Positions 13,071 through 27,189 of a stretch of 64,000 nucleotides of DNA are shown here, piece after piece. A program made the translations under genes and the position numbers. Below the pieces are notes generated by a model. It had not been told where the DNA came from. It was given only the letters and a program-made list of their open reading frames with translations, and did no database searches. The stretch is from Eledone cirrhosa (taxonomy: Eukaryota). Each line of letters begins with the position of its first letter. The stretch's first letter is position 1. The stretch covers positions 359,228,001-359,292,000 of the forward strand of contig OZ024740.1 in assembly GCA_964016885.1 (NCBI GenBank), given 5' to 3'.

Positions 13071-13339
13071 ATATCCAATGCTTTTATCGAGAACGACACA
13101 GCTAGAGACTTATAGAATACTTAGCTGTGTACAGGAACTGGTTTGAAAGAGCGGTAGCCGGTCCGGCAGAAATTAGAATTTGGATTTAATGCTCTGAAAT
13201 AGCGATATATATGTGAAGACAAACATAGAATATTCGAAAATATTCTGTATGTTTATAATAAACATTTTGAAGACCCAATCGCTATAGAATAGAATACGTC
13301 ACGTATTACAATTTGAGATTCTCGATAAAAGCAAGGGAA

Positions 13340-13382
13340 GTAACCTACGCGTTTCATTCTTATTAGAAATCATCAGGATTAC
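13340..13382 (-). ncRNA. Minimal hammerhead (312-bp unit 2)
   Basis: Identical motif 312 bp from the previous copy. Confidence 0.85.
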
Positions 13383-13695
13383 ATATCGAATGCTTTTATC
13401 GAGAACGACACAGCTAGAGACTTATAGAATACTTAGCTGTGTACAGGACCTGGTTTGAAAGAGCGGTAGCCGGTCCGGCAGAAATTAGAATTTGGATTTA
13501 ATGCTCTGAAATAGCGATATATATGTGAAGACAAACATAGAATATTCGAAAATATTCTGTATGTTTATAATAAACATTTTGAAGACCCAATCGCTATAGA
13601 ATAGAATACGTCACGTATTACAATTTGAGATTCTCGATAAAAGCAAGGGAAGTAACCTACGCGTTTCATTCTTATTAGAAAAAAGCATTGGATAT

Positions 13696-13738
13696 GTAAT
13701 CCTGATGATTTCTAATAAGAATGAAACGCGTAGGTTAC
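13696..13738 (+). ncRNA. Minimal hammerhead (inverted unit 1)
   Basis: GTAATC-CTGATGA-t TTCT aata AGAA t-GAAA-CGCG-TA-GGTTAC. Confidence 0.85.
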
Positions 13739-14007
13739 TTCCCTTGCTTTTATCGAGAATCTCAAATTGTAATACGTGACGTATTCTATTCTATAGCGAT
13801 TGGGTCTTCAAAATGTTTATTATAAACATACAGAATATTTTCGAATATTCTATGTTTGTCTTCACATATATATCGCTATTTCAGAGCATTAAATCCAAAT
13901 TCTAATTTCTGCCGGACCGGCTACCGCTCTTTCAAACCAGTTCCTGTACACAGCTAAGTATTCTATAAGTCTCTAGCTGTGTCGTTCTCGATAAAAGCAT
14001 TGGATAT

Positions 14008-14050
14008 GTAATCCTGATGATTTCTAATAAGAATGAAACGCGTAGGTTAC
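14008..14050 (+). ncRNA. Minimal hammerhead (inverted unit 2)
   Basis: Identical motif 312 bp from 13696. Confidence 0.85.
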
Positions 14051-14207
14051 TTCCCTTGCTTTTATCGAGAATCTCAAATTGTAATACGTGACGTATTCTA
14101 TTCTATAGCGATTGGGTCTTCAAAATGTTTATTATAAACATACAGAATATTTTCGAATATTCTATGTTTGTCTTCACATATATATCGCTATTTCAGAGCA
14201 TTAAATC

Positions 14208-14257
<50 letters not shown>

Positions 14258-14259
<2 letters not shown>

Positions 14260-14441
14260 TAAGTTATTCCGGATTGAATCGGAGGTAACCACAGTAAGTA
14301 AGGAGAGTATAAAAGTTTTGATATAGATGAGATTCTACAGGACTAGAACTGTTTCCTTCTTGAGAAATCATCAGGAATCAGATTCCTGATGATTTCTAAA
14401 GAATGAAACAGTTCTAGACCTGTACAATCTCATCTATATTA
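14258..14441. mobile_element. Tiny element with back-to-back hammerhead pair (14330-14379 minus, 14380-14430 plus)
   Basis: Palindromic junction TCATCAGGAATC-A-GATTCCTGATGA; same family as 29895-30028 and 52461-52645. Confidence 0.8.
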
Positions 14442-14527
14442 ATATATATATATATATATTATATTATATTATATTATATTATATTATATTATATTATATT
14501 ATATTATATTATATTATATTATATTAC

Positions 14528-14757
14528 TTATGTTCATACACGTAACAAAGGCACTACTCAAGGCGTCAAAGCCCTAATTTGACCCTACTTCCAGAAAACA
14601 AGAAGCATCAAAATAGTGACCTGTCTTCATGCCTCGTTATGACTATTAGCGCCTGAAGAAACGTCACTATTTTGATGCCTCTTGTTTTCTGGAGGTATGG
14701 TCAAATTTGGGCTTTGAAACTTTCAGTAGCGCCTTTGTTCCCTGTATGAACATCAAT
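14528..14757. repeat. Imperfect ~90-bp inverted repeat (MITE/foldback-like)
   Basis: 14530-14620 approximates the reverse complement of 14663-14753. Confidence 0.7.
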
Positions 14758-14849
14758 AAATATATAATATCTCAGCTCTCTTCCCGATTGAGCACTGCTT
14801 TCCTTTTTCTTTTTAACATCTACAGATATTACCATATATACATATAAAG

Positions 14850-15167
14850 AGTAAGGGTAAAGAACCACTTCGAGCACGAATGACCATGGAATTTGTACCT
14901 AGAAAGTTACCCTACGAAGCACAAGTCGTTCGTGGAAGACAAATAGTCGTCCTTGCAAACCAGTCTTCCCTCTCTACGCCACTGTTGTTGTCCAAGGGAA
15001 AGGCAACATCCGATACAACTTGGCACCAGTGACGTTGCAACTCATATCTACAATTGAGTAAACTGGCGCAACATGAAATAAAGTGTCTTGCTCAAGGATA
15101 CAACGCATCATCTCGTCCGAGAATCCAACTCACAACCTCTAGCCCAACGCTCTAACCAAGTCATGCA

Positions 15168-15168
<1 letters not shown>
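14850..15168 (-). mobile_element. tRNA-derived CORE-type SINE
   Basis: Minus strand contains TTGTATCCTTGAGCAAGACACTTTATTTCA (CORE-like) downstream of a tRNA-like head. Confidence 0.65.
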
Positions 15169-15241
<73 letters not shown>

Positions 15242-15667
15242 ATATTTTTTTCTTTTTTGTATGTGTGTATAGTAATACTAAAATAACTAAATAGTTATTT
15301 TAGTATTTCCTATGATGATGCTTGAATCACCGAGTTTTCTTTCACATTCTTATTTTTGTCGTCGCTTACATTCTCCCAAAATTTTATTTTTCCCTCAGTT
15401 AAATTAATTATAAAAACATCGAATTGTACTTTAGGCACAAGACCAGTGCTTTAGAGGAGGGATATGTCGATTACATCGACGCCAGTATGTGACTGGTACT
15501 TTATTTTTCCACCCCGGAATGATGAAAGTTCACTTAAGACGTATTTGAACTCAGCTCCTAAATAACTGGAACAAATAGTTCTAAGCATATGTCCGACTAT
15601 CTAACGACTGTTGCCATCATATACACCTAGCTCTATAATAACTACACTAAGAACAAAAATAACTGTG

Positions 15668-15672
15668 TTAGG

Positions 15673-15723
<51 letters not shown>

Positions 15724-15910
15724 GTAGGTAGGTAGGTAGGTAGGTAGGTAGGTAGGTAGGTAGGTAGGTAGGTAGGTAGGTAGGTAGGTAGGTAGGTAGG
15801 TAGGTAGGTAGGTAGGTAGGTAGGTAGGTAGGTAGGTAGGTAGTTTGGTTGGTTGGTTGGTTGGTTGGTTGGTTGGTTGGTTGGTTGGTTGGTTGGTTGG
15901 TTGGTTGGTA
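15668..15910. repeat. Compound microsatellite (GATA)n(GGTA)n(GGTT)n
   Basis: Seen directly. Confidence 0.95.
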
Positions 15911-16289
15911 CCTACGTAGGTAGATAGGTTGTATGTAGCTAACTAGAGAGAGAGAGAGAGGGGTGGGTTGAGAGAGAAACAGGGAGGGAGGGATTGAGAG
16001 AGAGGGCGAGAGAGAGAAACACATTTTTATTGTTCTTTTCCGGCCCAATAACCTGTCTGTAGGGTTGTTAGTATTGATATATGTTTAATTGTTGTAAAAG
16101 AAAGGAGACAAAAATTAAGAGATGGTGATAAGCAGTTGGTAATAGATTTATGTGTGTGTGAAAAAGAATGGGTATATCTCAACTCTATCTCTGTTTCTGT
16201 TTACGTATTTGTAGAAAAGTTACTCGATAGAATGCATAGCTCAGAAATCTGAGTCACTCCAAGTAGAGCCGCTACTTCTCCGAATTAAG

Positions 16290-16704
16290 AAATTACAGCA
16301 CCGATACTATAGGCATGTGGTTAGAATGTCTCGGGAATGAATATTTGGACTGATTGTACGGGCTAAACCAACCAGCAGAAGACCCAGGTGTAGACCCCGA
16401 GCAAGATGGTTGGATAACATCCATGAGCTTGGCTGGTCTCGCTTGGTGATCCAACCGGATCAGTTATAGGCGGTTGCTTATTACATAACCTGTTGGAAGA
16501 AGTGTTTGAAGATTCCACCCTCACGATCCTCTCAGGAACGAGAAGAAGAAGAAGAAGAAGAAGAAGAAGAAGAAGAAGAAGAAGAAGAAGAAGAAGAAGA
16601 AGAAGAAGAAGAAGAAGAAGAAGAAGAAGAAGAAGAAGAAGAAGAAGAAGAAGAAGAAGAAGAAGAAGAAGAAGAAGAAGAAGAAGAAGAAGAAGAAGAA
16701 GAAG
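16290..16704 (+). mobile_element. 3' fragment of RTE-like LINE followed by (GAA)n; related fragment at 36700-36940 (minus)
   Basis: Encodes RPRARWLDNIHEL, similar to GRHRATWLDNIHEL in ORF 36753-37265; resembles the RTE C-terminus. Confidence 0.6.
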
Positions 16705-18612
16705 ACAAATTTTACTTTAGCATAACCTGAACAATTGTTTTAATCTCTGTCTCCCTCCACAGCAGCGGCAACTACTTCCACCAATTCCTCATTATCACCT
16801 CTGTCATCTCTCCTACGACGATCAACGAAATAAATTTTAAGTTCTTTTTTTATTCAAACATACATTTAAATAATAAAATAAAATAAAATAAAAGTGGTTT
16901 ATATTTGAAAGTTAATATAAAGTGAATGTGTGTAATGGTCCCAGTGTTTGTAATATTTTTAAATATTTGACACAAATCTCATCGTTTTAAAAGTTTTCTC
17001 AAAAATTCATAAATATTTTTTTTCAGAAAATATAGCAGCAAACGTTTTCTAAAAAAATTCTTCACATCTTTTCGAAACTTTTTCTCATTTTTTTCGAAAA
17101 TTCCTCAACGATTTTTTTTTAAATGTTCTTCAAAACGTTTTATTACAAAAAGTTTCTCAAAATTATTTTTAAATGTTTTCAATGGTTTTGAAAATTTTAT
17201 TTTAATTTTATTTAAAATTGTTCGAAAATATTATTGAAAATTTTCTCAAAAGCTGTTTGAGATAATTTTGATTAAAGTATTTGATTAATTTTTTAGGAGA
17301 TTGTTTGATGAATTTCGAAAACAATGATATTTTTTTAAAGATTTCAATGAATATTTTTTCTCATAGATAACGTTTACGAATTGTACTTTCGCATAACCTA
17401 AACAATCTAAATTCTTCCCCCATATTTCACCAAAAATTCTTCTTCAAAATATATTCAAATATTTGCTTTAAAATGTTACTCAAAATGTTTGAAAAAAACC
17501 TTCATCGAATCTTTCTTTAAATGTTTCAAAATTTCTCAAAATGTTTCAAAATTCATCAAAAATCATCAAAATTCTCTTAAAATATTTTCTAAACATTTTC
17601 CAAACTTTTTCAAAATTATTTCATAAAAAAGTTTCTTGAAAGTGTCTAAAACATGCTACTCAAATTTTTTTAAATACTTCCATCAGCATTTTTTTTTTAA
17701 TGTTATCAAAATCTTTTGGAAATAATTTTGTGAAGAATTTTTTCTCAAAAATATCACCAAATTTCTCAAAACGTTTTCTAAACTTTCAGGAATTTTGACA
17801 AAATGAATATTTTGGTAAAATTTTGAGGGAAATTGTAAATAAAATTTTGAGGATTTTTTAAAAACATTTGGGAGGATATTTTTCAGGAAACCAGTTGAAT
17901 TTTAAAGAAAAATTAAGGAAATTTTGAGGAAATTTTTGTGAAAATATTGAGAAGATTTTGACTAGAATATTTGAGAAACATTTTAGAAAAATATTTTAAG
18001 ATTTGGAAAAGGTTTTGAAATATTTTGAGAAAATTTTTAAGAATGTTTCGAAAAATTGAATGAAAATTTTTGAAAAATTGTGAGAAAAACTTTTGAGAAA
18101 ATTTTAATGAATTTTTTTTTCTTTTTACAAGTTATAAATTTTACATTTGCAGAATCTGAGCAATCGTTTTGTTCTAACTGTCACTTTTCTCACGGCAGCT
18201 ACCTCCACCACCTCCCCATTGTATCCTCTATCATCACTTCCACTAGGATTACCGAAAGAAATTAAAAAAAATAAAATAAAGCAATTTAGTGATAGAGTGT
18301 AACAGAGCTTTCATAAGGTCAGACTTTTGAGATAGCTTTAGAATTTTTTTTAAAGGAAATATTTGATTAAATTTTTGGGAAGAGTTTTGAAAGATTTAGA
18401 TAAATTTTTTTGTCAAACATTTTCCTCAATATTCTCTTTAAAATTTCATCAAAATATTTTCGAAACAATTACAACAAAAGTTTGACAAATTTTGACAAAT
18501 ATCCGAACAAAAAATACAAATTTTACTAAAAATCCCTTTTACTGTCTCATTACGACCACAACCATCATCACCACATTTTCATTAACTCCTCTATAATTAC
18601 CTCTACCACACA

Positions 18613-18803
18613 GGGTCGGTGAATTGGCAGTATCGGTAGAGGGTCGGACGCCATGCTTTCCAGCATAGTTACGTCCCTTTAAAGTCTGAGTTCAAATCCC
18701 GTCGAGGTTTACTTTGCCTTTCATCCTTACGGGGTCGATAAAATAAAGTACCAGTACTATACTGGATAATTTCTGGCCTTGTGCCAAAAGTAGAAACAAT
18801 TAT
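18613..18803 (+). mobile_element. tRNA-derived SINE, same family as 5476
   Basis: A/B boxes and CCTTTCATCCTTACGGGGTCGATAAAATAAAGTACCAGT; a more decayed copy lies at ~15430-15620 (minus). Confidence 0.85.
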
Positions 18804-19010
18804 TACCTCTACGACCATCACCAAAAGTAATTTTAAACAGATTCTATTCAATCGTTCATTTGATAAAAAATTAAAATTAAATAATGTTATTTAGTGAAAC
18901 AGCAAACAAATTGTGAGATTTGAAAGCTATGAGGAAGTTGAGTGTTTCCGCCTGATTACACATTTATTTTTATTGGTTGATTGCTTGGATTAACCAACAC
19001 TGATTACTAT

Positions 19011-19042
<32 letters not shown>

Positions 19043-19699
19043 AGTGGTTTTGGCTTGTATTGTCATCAGATAGGAGGTCAAATGTAAATAAAAATAAGGT
19101 TTGTTTGATATGTCTTCCATTGAAGAGGTGTTTACATTTCAATAACCGGCAAGCATATGTTTTTCGGATTCTCGTACTTGCAAGTGGGAGCTATAACGGT
19201 GGTAACAGTAGGTGCTGGATGTAGCTCAGTGCACCAAAAAGAAGTCATGCTATTCAACATATAGTCGATCCTTCTGATTCCTCAAGGGTTATAAAACAAT
19301 TGCTTAATCTACTGAATATATTTATCGGTTAACCCTCAGCGGATTGCAAATGTCATCTTGGACCTATCATTAACATGATAGCGTCGGTCGGTCTACGAAG
19401 CATTGTCACGTATCTAAATTGTTGTACAAACGGAGGAGAGTGTATGATTAATTTAAAGTGTACTAGCGTTGCTAAATACTTATATGCTATTTAGATCTAA
19501 GTATAGTAGATTCACGTTTACGTAGCCAAGTGCGCGGCTGCGTGGTCTTACAGCAGTATGTGGAGGTATACATTCCCCACAAGCCCATATACGCTGACAA
19601 ACGCACAACTATTACGTGCCCACACACACCATATACGTAATAGTTGGTCCATGACACATGAAAATTGGATGATAGAGGAAAGAAAGAAGAAAAGATAGG

Positions 19700-21420
19700 A
19701 GAAAAAAAATCACGGCAAAGATCGATGCTTAGATCAAAAGTTAGAAGAACTACCTAAGGCTACAGATTATAAGCTAACTAAAAAATGTTAGGAACATTTT
19801 TGATATTTTGTGACTACATGTGTTAAACATCGGATCATGTATTTATTATGTGGGGCCCTCTATAATTTCCACAGGTATTATATGAGCGGGGTTTTTTACG
19901 TCATTGTCTTATGTCATAAAGGAGGTTCATTATAGTGTGGAAATGCTCTATATGGTGCGTTGTTTCGCGCGTTTTGATTAGTGATAGTGGGGTTATTGTA
20001 TCTAGAAGTTGCTACGCCTAGACTTCATCCTGCATTTAGACTAAAGACAGTAGGATTGTTTTATTGATGCTATCCGTACAGCGTGTGTGTGTGTGTTGTT
20101 CAGGAATTTATTTACTAGTGGTGTATCTAGCAGGGTGGTTGGTCTCTGATCTACCCTAACTATAGTGTGTTGGTGCGCTGTATGCTCTGTGTCCGGGTCC
20201 TTATCGGTATATATATATAGTCTATTTTGTTTATTTGGGTTTGGTCCCTAGGATTTTTGCTTTCTGAGGTTGTTGTGTTCTTACATATATTTCTCCTATT
20301 GTTAGAGGGGTAGGTCATATCATTGTCATTCTATTCTACCCACTCCCTGCTTGTCGAGGGCTTCTATATTGTTGCTATATGGATTGTTGGCACCTATGTC
20401 CGTGTCATCTGTGGTATTTTGGTTTGGGTCATGAGCTGGTGGCTGATGTGTGTAGTGTTTTCCAGTTATAGAATAATCTAGAGTAACATTTTTCAGTTAG
20501 AGTTATAGCTAACGTAATTAAGATTTTCGTTTAATTTACATTATGGGTAGAAAAGTGCAGAGTTAAGGTTAAGGTGATATCAAGGAAGTTTACTATTTCT
20601 TTTTTATTTTTCTTATTTCTTTTACACCGAAAATTTTAAAGAATTTGATAATTATTTTCTTTTTCCTATCTAGACTACTATTATTGTGTTTCATAAGAGT
20701 AAAATGTGCATCATCGCGGTATAAACCACTGCCTATTTCCTGGATCTTGCGCTCAATTTGGTGGTGAATTTATAACCCAATGAAGTCTGTTACCAGGACT
20801 GAGTCTGTAGAACCCATGGTGATGTCAAAGTCGTTAGATCTGTTTTACGTGTCCATAATTCATCATTGAATTCAATAATAATGCGAAATACGCCGATCTC
20901 GTCTGGAGTAAGGTCTCTATATTTTACAGAAAATATTAGCATCTCATTGAGCAGATTTGGTGAGATAGATTAGTAGTAACTTGTATTATCAAGTTGCATA
21001 AATTTAGTGTTATCCTTGTTTTGTAAAGCATCCTATGACTTCCTTGGCCACAGTTGGAGCTGAAACTGATGCTTCAGTGTTGGTATAATCTTATTGAATA
21101 TGTGTTTACTGATAATCCCTATGTCCGATTTGCATGATACAATTAGCCTGATTCAAAGTTAGGTTTGTCATCCTTAATTCTTATCCTGGGAATCCTAGTT
21201 GTGTACAGTTAAATCCAGTTTTCTATGCTGAATCTTGTTACTATTTTATTTATCTCCTTGTTTATTAATTGTCATCCTATGATTCTTTCTTATCTCCCTG
21301 TATATTATGGTATTGTACGTTCTCTTTTCCGTGCCATATAGGTTATTAGTTTTATCTGCATGCACAAGAATACTGATGGCCGCCTGAATTGTGCCTAACA
21401 GGATGATTTAATTAAATAAA
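19700..21420 (-). pseudogene. Decayed Naiad-type PLE reverse transcriptase remnant
   Basis: Minus-strand translation gives ADKTNNL, IRLIVSCKSDIG, FDITMGSTD, SGLYRDDA and VNFLDITL, with stops and frameshifts; boundaries approximate. Confidence 0.8.
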
Positions 21421-22234
21421 TTGGAGTTGAAAATGTGATACTGAAAATGTGATAGATTTCTAAGGCTAGTCCTACGAATGATCCTTCATTTGAAAATTGT
21501 GTAGCAGAAATTTTAATTCTAACCGAACATTTTAGAGAGTAATATTTACAAATATCATGTCTTCAGCTGAACCTGTTCTTGTCCTGTGATGAGATTAACG
21601 TTTTTTTTTTAGTTAAGAATAGATGAAACCTGAGCTTATGTCTATTGTATTAATGCTTATAAGCAGCGACGACTCTAAGAATAACATTAAGTGCCTGTTA
21701 TTCTCAATGAGGATAACTATGAGAATCTCATAGTTATTCTCTCTATGTGGCCTGCGTGGTGGAAAATCTGCTTGGAATAACTAACGTGATAATATTTTGG
21801 TCGCAACCATTATTGTACATTAAACTAAAATATGCCTTTTTTCCATTGAACAAACAGTTACAATGTCTCATGCAATTTCAAGTGAGTTTTGTCATAGTAA
21901 TTCTATTGCTTAACAAAGGTGTCTGGTTAATGGGAATGCAGCAAGAGGTGAAAACTATAACAGAATATTTATTGAAAATCTTGTAATATCTATATTCTCT
22001 GATAAAATAACGTGTATCTCAGTTGAGGAATTTCGTTGTATGAATATTCAAAGTAAAAATCGGATACCACAGAATTTTCCTGATGCTATATCTACACCTG
22101 GGAACTAATTATATTCTCCTAAAATATACTACGTTTGAATATTAGATTATAGAATTGCGCAGATTTGTACATGCATTTACATATGACAATAAAAATTATA
22201 TGCGTCTACTCAAATTCAAAACTAAGTTATAAAT

Positions 22235-22425
22235 AATTGTTTCTACTTTTGGCACAAGACCAGCAATTATCCCAGTGTATTACTGGTGCTTTATTTTATC
22301 GACCCCATAAGGATGAAAGACAAAGTTAACCTCGGTAGTATTTGAACTCAGATCATAAAGGGCCGTAACTCTTTGCTGCAAAGCATGGCGTCAGACCTTC
22401 TACCGATACTGCCAATCCACCACCA
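22235..22425 (-). mobile_element. tRNA-derived SINE
   Basis: Reverse complement of the 5476 family. Confidence 0.85.
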
Positions 22426-22923
22426 CTAAATTATGAATAATGTTATGGAATCATTAGAAAACTTATCGATATTAAATAATTGCAGTTATTGAAATGATAG
22501 TGGGATTTGCTAGCAAAATGTTATTCATCCTTACATTCACAATCTATCACAATACTAGCAAAACTCCAGTCCAAAATACCAAATATAGGTACTAGAAATG
22601 CCAAATATATATTTCTGTACAAAATAAAACACAAATAAAAGCCTATAAAAACATCTGCACAGATAATCTGCCCCACCCCCAATACATGGGTTAAATCATT
22701 TTTGACATCGGTGTCAAAAATGTTAAATAGATATGACACGTGACATAATTAATGTATCCATCATTATTCATTTCTTGGGGGATTTCTGTGAAGTATTGAT
22801 GTATTATCAGCGAATGCTTTCCTATCTACTTTAGTTTCACAGTTTGTGGCGTGAATTTTTCCAATTTTTCCTTGTTGTAAGAGCGTGGAGAACATTATTC
22901 ATTCTATATATATATATACACAC

Positions 22924-22999
<76 letters not shown>

Positions 23000-23003
23000 A
23001 TGT

Positions 23004-23034
<31 letters not shown>

Positions 23035-23052
23035 TTTCTTTGAATTTTCCAG

Positions 23053-23236
23053 AAACCTTGGAGACAACCAATTTTCTCACCTGCCAACAGATGGACTTCT
23101 CAAGCTAAAAAAGTTACTTATTTATAAAAACAAATATTTGCAGAATTTTCCACCATCAAAAGCTTTCCCAGAGATACAATTCCTTACATTGACTTATTCT
23201 TATCACTGTTGCAAGTTTATACAAACCTCGGAACAG
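23053..23236 (+). CDS. Internal exon of a leucine-rich-repeat GPCR (type B LGR, rickets/bursicon receptor-like)
   Basis: Acceptor ttttccAG at 23051-52 and donor GTaat at 23237; 184 bp with a phase-2 start typical of LRR exons; [55 protein letters not shown] resembles the LGR hinge signature L.Y.YHCC.F. Confidence 0.88.
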
Positions 23237-23724
23237 GTAATATTTTTTTTAATTTTAATATTTATTAATATTGGTTTCTGTTTTTTATGAACCACGACCG
23301 AAACATATTACTGGAACTTGTTTTATCGATCCCATACTAATGTGATTCTGGTGAAAGAGTTTAAACGAAGTGCATAAGAGGAACAAAATTATATACCAAA
23401 GTGTAAAATGATTTTGTGTTTGTTTACCTCCTTTCTGGGGTATATATTTATCTCACTTGATATAATGATTATTTACTTTACCGTTTTACGATTTGCTTCA
23501 TGCGGGAATAGTAGCACAAAACAATGGAATTTCTCATATAATTTATTCTTATCTCTCTCATTTCTGAATTCAAACACCACCGCTTTCCACTTTCTAATGT
23601 TCTGGTGTCAAAAATATCAAATATACAAATTCCGTTTTAATCAGAAATAAACTACCGTACAAAAGCAATCAATATTTAGATCTTTATTTGCATTTTTCTC
23701 AATCATCTGTCATTAATGTACTCT

Positions 23725-24312
23725 CGGTATTATCGGATGAGAGCTGGGCAATATGCTTTATGGCATATAGTTACGGCCCTTTACTTTCTGAGATCCAATC
23801 TCACCGAGGTTGGCTTTGCCTTTCATCCATACTGCGTCGATAAAATAAAGTACCAGTAACGAACTAGGGTCGATTTAATCAACTTTCCCCTTCCCCCAAA
23901 TTGTTGGCCATGTGCATAAATCAGAAATCGGTGGATTCGCAGAATCGGTAGAGGGTCCGTCGTCTTGCTTTGCAGCATAGAATTACGGCCCTTAACAGTT
24001 TGAGTTCAAAACCCGCCGAGGTTAACTTTGCCTTTCATCATTATGGGATCGATAAAATAAAGCACCAGTAATGCATTGGGATCAATTACTGTCCTTGTAA
24101 TTGATGACCTTGTGCCAAAAGTAGAAACAATTATTGTAATAGCAGACTCATGAATTGGTAGAATCGCTAAGGTGTATTTGTTCTGACTTTTTGAGTTCAA
24201 ATCCTACTGTGGTCAACTTTACGTTTCATCATTCTGGGCCAATTAAATAAACTGCCTATAAGTACTGCACCAGAAAAAGAACCTGTTGGCCTTGGGCCTA
24301 AATTAGAGACTG
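23725..24312 (+). mobile_element. Three tandem tRNA-derived SINE copies
   Basis: The 5476-family motifs recur at ~23725, ~23928 and ~24150. Confidence 0.8.
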
Positions 24313-24465
24313 TTATAACTGTAACAATAGTAGTTATAGTATTAATGATGATTATGGTGATTCTTTTGACTAATCACATTGATCTGATTTTATCTTTTGT
24401 AATGTTATATATATGAGTATATAAATACACACACAAACACATACACACACACATATATATACACA

Positions 24466-24500
<35 letters not shown>

Positions 24501-24934
24501 GTATATATATATACATATATATATGTGTGTATACATATATATATGTGTATATATATGTATATATATGCATATATATATATGTATATCTATGAGAAAAAAT
24601 TAGAATCTTATTTCTCGCCCTAGCACAGCTGATAATACATAAATTTAAGTATGCACACGCACACCGCATACATGTATATATGCACACACACATACACACA
24701 CACACACATACATACACACACACATTCACTCACACATATATATATACATATATATATGTGTGTGTGTGTGTATGCATATGTAAGTATGCTTATATATGTA
24801 TATATACGCATATATATATGTATATATAAGCATATATATAAAAAATAAAATAAAATTAGAATTTTATTTCTCGCCCTAGCACAGCTGATACATAAATGTA
24901 AGTATGCACACGCAGACCGCACCCATGTATATAT

Positions 24935-25073
<139 letters not shown>

Positions 25074-25108
25074 TATATATATATATTTATATATATATAT
25101 ATATATTC

Positions 25109-25227
<119 letters not shown>

Positions 25228-25228
25228 C

Positions 25229-25281
<53 letters not shown>

Positions 25282-25300
25282 CATATATTTATATATATAC

Positions 25301-25333
<33 letters not shown>

Positions 25334-25350
25334 CGTACATATATATATAT

Positions 25351-25412
<62 letters not shown>

Positions 25413-25415
<3 letters not shown>

Positions 25416-26112
25416 TTTGAGAATAAACTCTCAGTCGTTTACAATAATTAAGCTCCAGGAAGGGGCTCTTCCGAGCAGTTAATACATTTAAAGTATATGA
25501 TAAACACGAAATGTGTTTACATTGCAACAGACAAAGTTAGCTATTAATGAAATAAACTAATAAAAGTGAATACAATTTGTCTGTCTCGATACAAGTCAAT
25601 AAAGACAAGCTTTTATTGGCAACTGCCATGATTCCTGGACATATTTAAATTTCAAAATTCAAACCTGTTCTGTAGACGAATTTGAACCTCGAAACCCAAA
25701 TAAGTTTCGCAACGGTGGAATGTGAATTGAAAAGTAAAGAGAATCGAAATGGAATAGAAATAAAATAGTGAAATGTCCAAATCTGCAGTGCTTATCAACA
25801 GGAATCCAGTAAGATTAGTCTATCTCACATCAAAAATTTTGCAGGTCTGACTACGCGTGGGTAGGCAGGCCAAAACTAGCTATCCCACATTCACGGTGCT
25901 AGAAATAACAGCCGCTTATGCAGGATTAAGGATCAGCTCTTACAATAAAGGAGCTATACATTATAAATATATATGTATGTGTATATATATAATGTATATA
26001 TTGACTTGTATCGAGACAGACAAATTGTATTCACTTTTATTAGTTTATTTCATTAATAGCTAACTTTGTCTGTTGCAATGTAAACACATTTCGTGTTTAT
26101 CATATACTTTAA

Positions 26113-26118
<6 letters not shown>
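25413..26118. mobile_element. Non-coding foldback element with ~120-bp inverted arms
   Basis: 25482-25601 is the reverse complement of ~25998-26118; the first ~77 bp recur at 29326-29402. Confidence 0.75.
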
Positions 26119-26149
<31 letters not shown>

Positions 26150-26158
26150 TATATATAT

Positions 26159-26329
<171 letters not shown>

Positions 26330-26349
26330 CATATATATATATATATATG

Positions 26350-26396
<47 letters not shown>

Positions 26397-26439
26397 ATAT
26401 ATATATATATATATATAAATATATATATATGTATGTGTA

Positions 26440-26494
<55 letters not shown>

Positions 26495-26503
26495 ATATAT
26501 ATG

Positions 26504-26562
<59 letters not shown>

Positions 26563-26573
26563 ATATATATATA

Positions 26574-26650
<77 letters not shown>

Positions 26651-26675
26651 GTATATATATGTATGTGTATATATG

Positions 26676-26737
<62 letters not shown>

Positions 26738-26774
26738 CATACATATATATATACATACATATATATATACATAC

Positions 26775-26921
<147 letters not shown>

Positions 26922-27044
26922 GGAGGTGAGTTTTATTGTAGTACAATAAAGCAATGCAGATATCGGATAAGAAGCACTCTACAGTTTGTGGGACTGGAGT
27001 ATGCATAATATAAGATCAAAAGATGGTTAAAGGAGTTCAATATA

Positions 27045-27111
27045 TTTTATTATGCGCATTTCAAAAACAAACATCATCAAACAATAACATTTGTGTTTTC
27101 ATCAGATAAAA
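27045..27111 (-). ncRNA. Hammerhead in inverted pseudo-LTR (plus copy at 28777-28843 has G12A)
   Basis: TTTTAT-CTGATGA-long stem II-GAAA-TGCGCA-TA-ATAAAA. Confidence 0.8.
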
Positions 27112-27189
27112 CAGGAGAACATGATATGAAGGCTAAAAAAACACTTGTTGATAGTGCAGTTTTAAATCAACATATGAAAAGTGGTTTTA

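Noticed and set aside
16493-16730. Poly-Arg/poly-Glu ORFs (also 36799-37098)
   Set aside because: These are (GAA)n microsatellites
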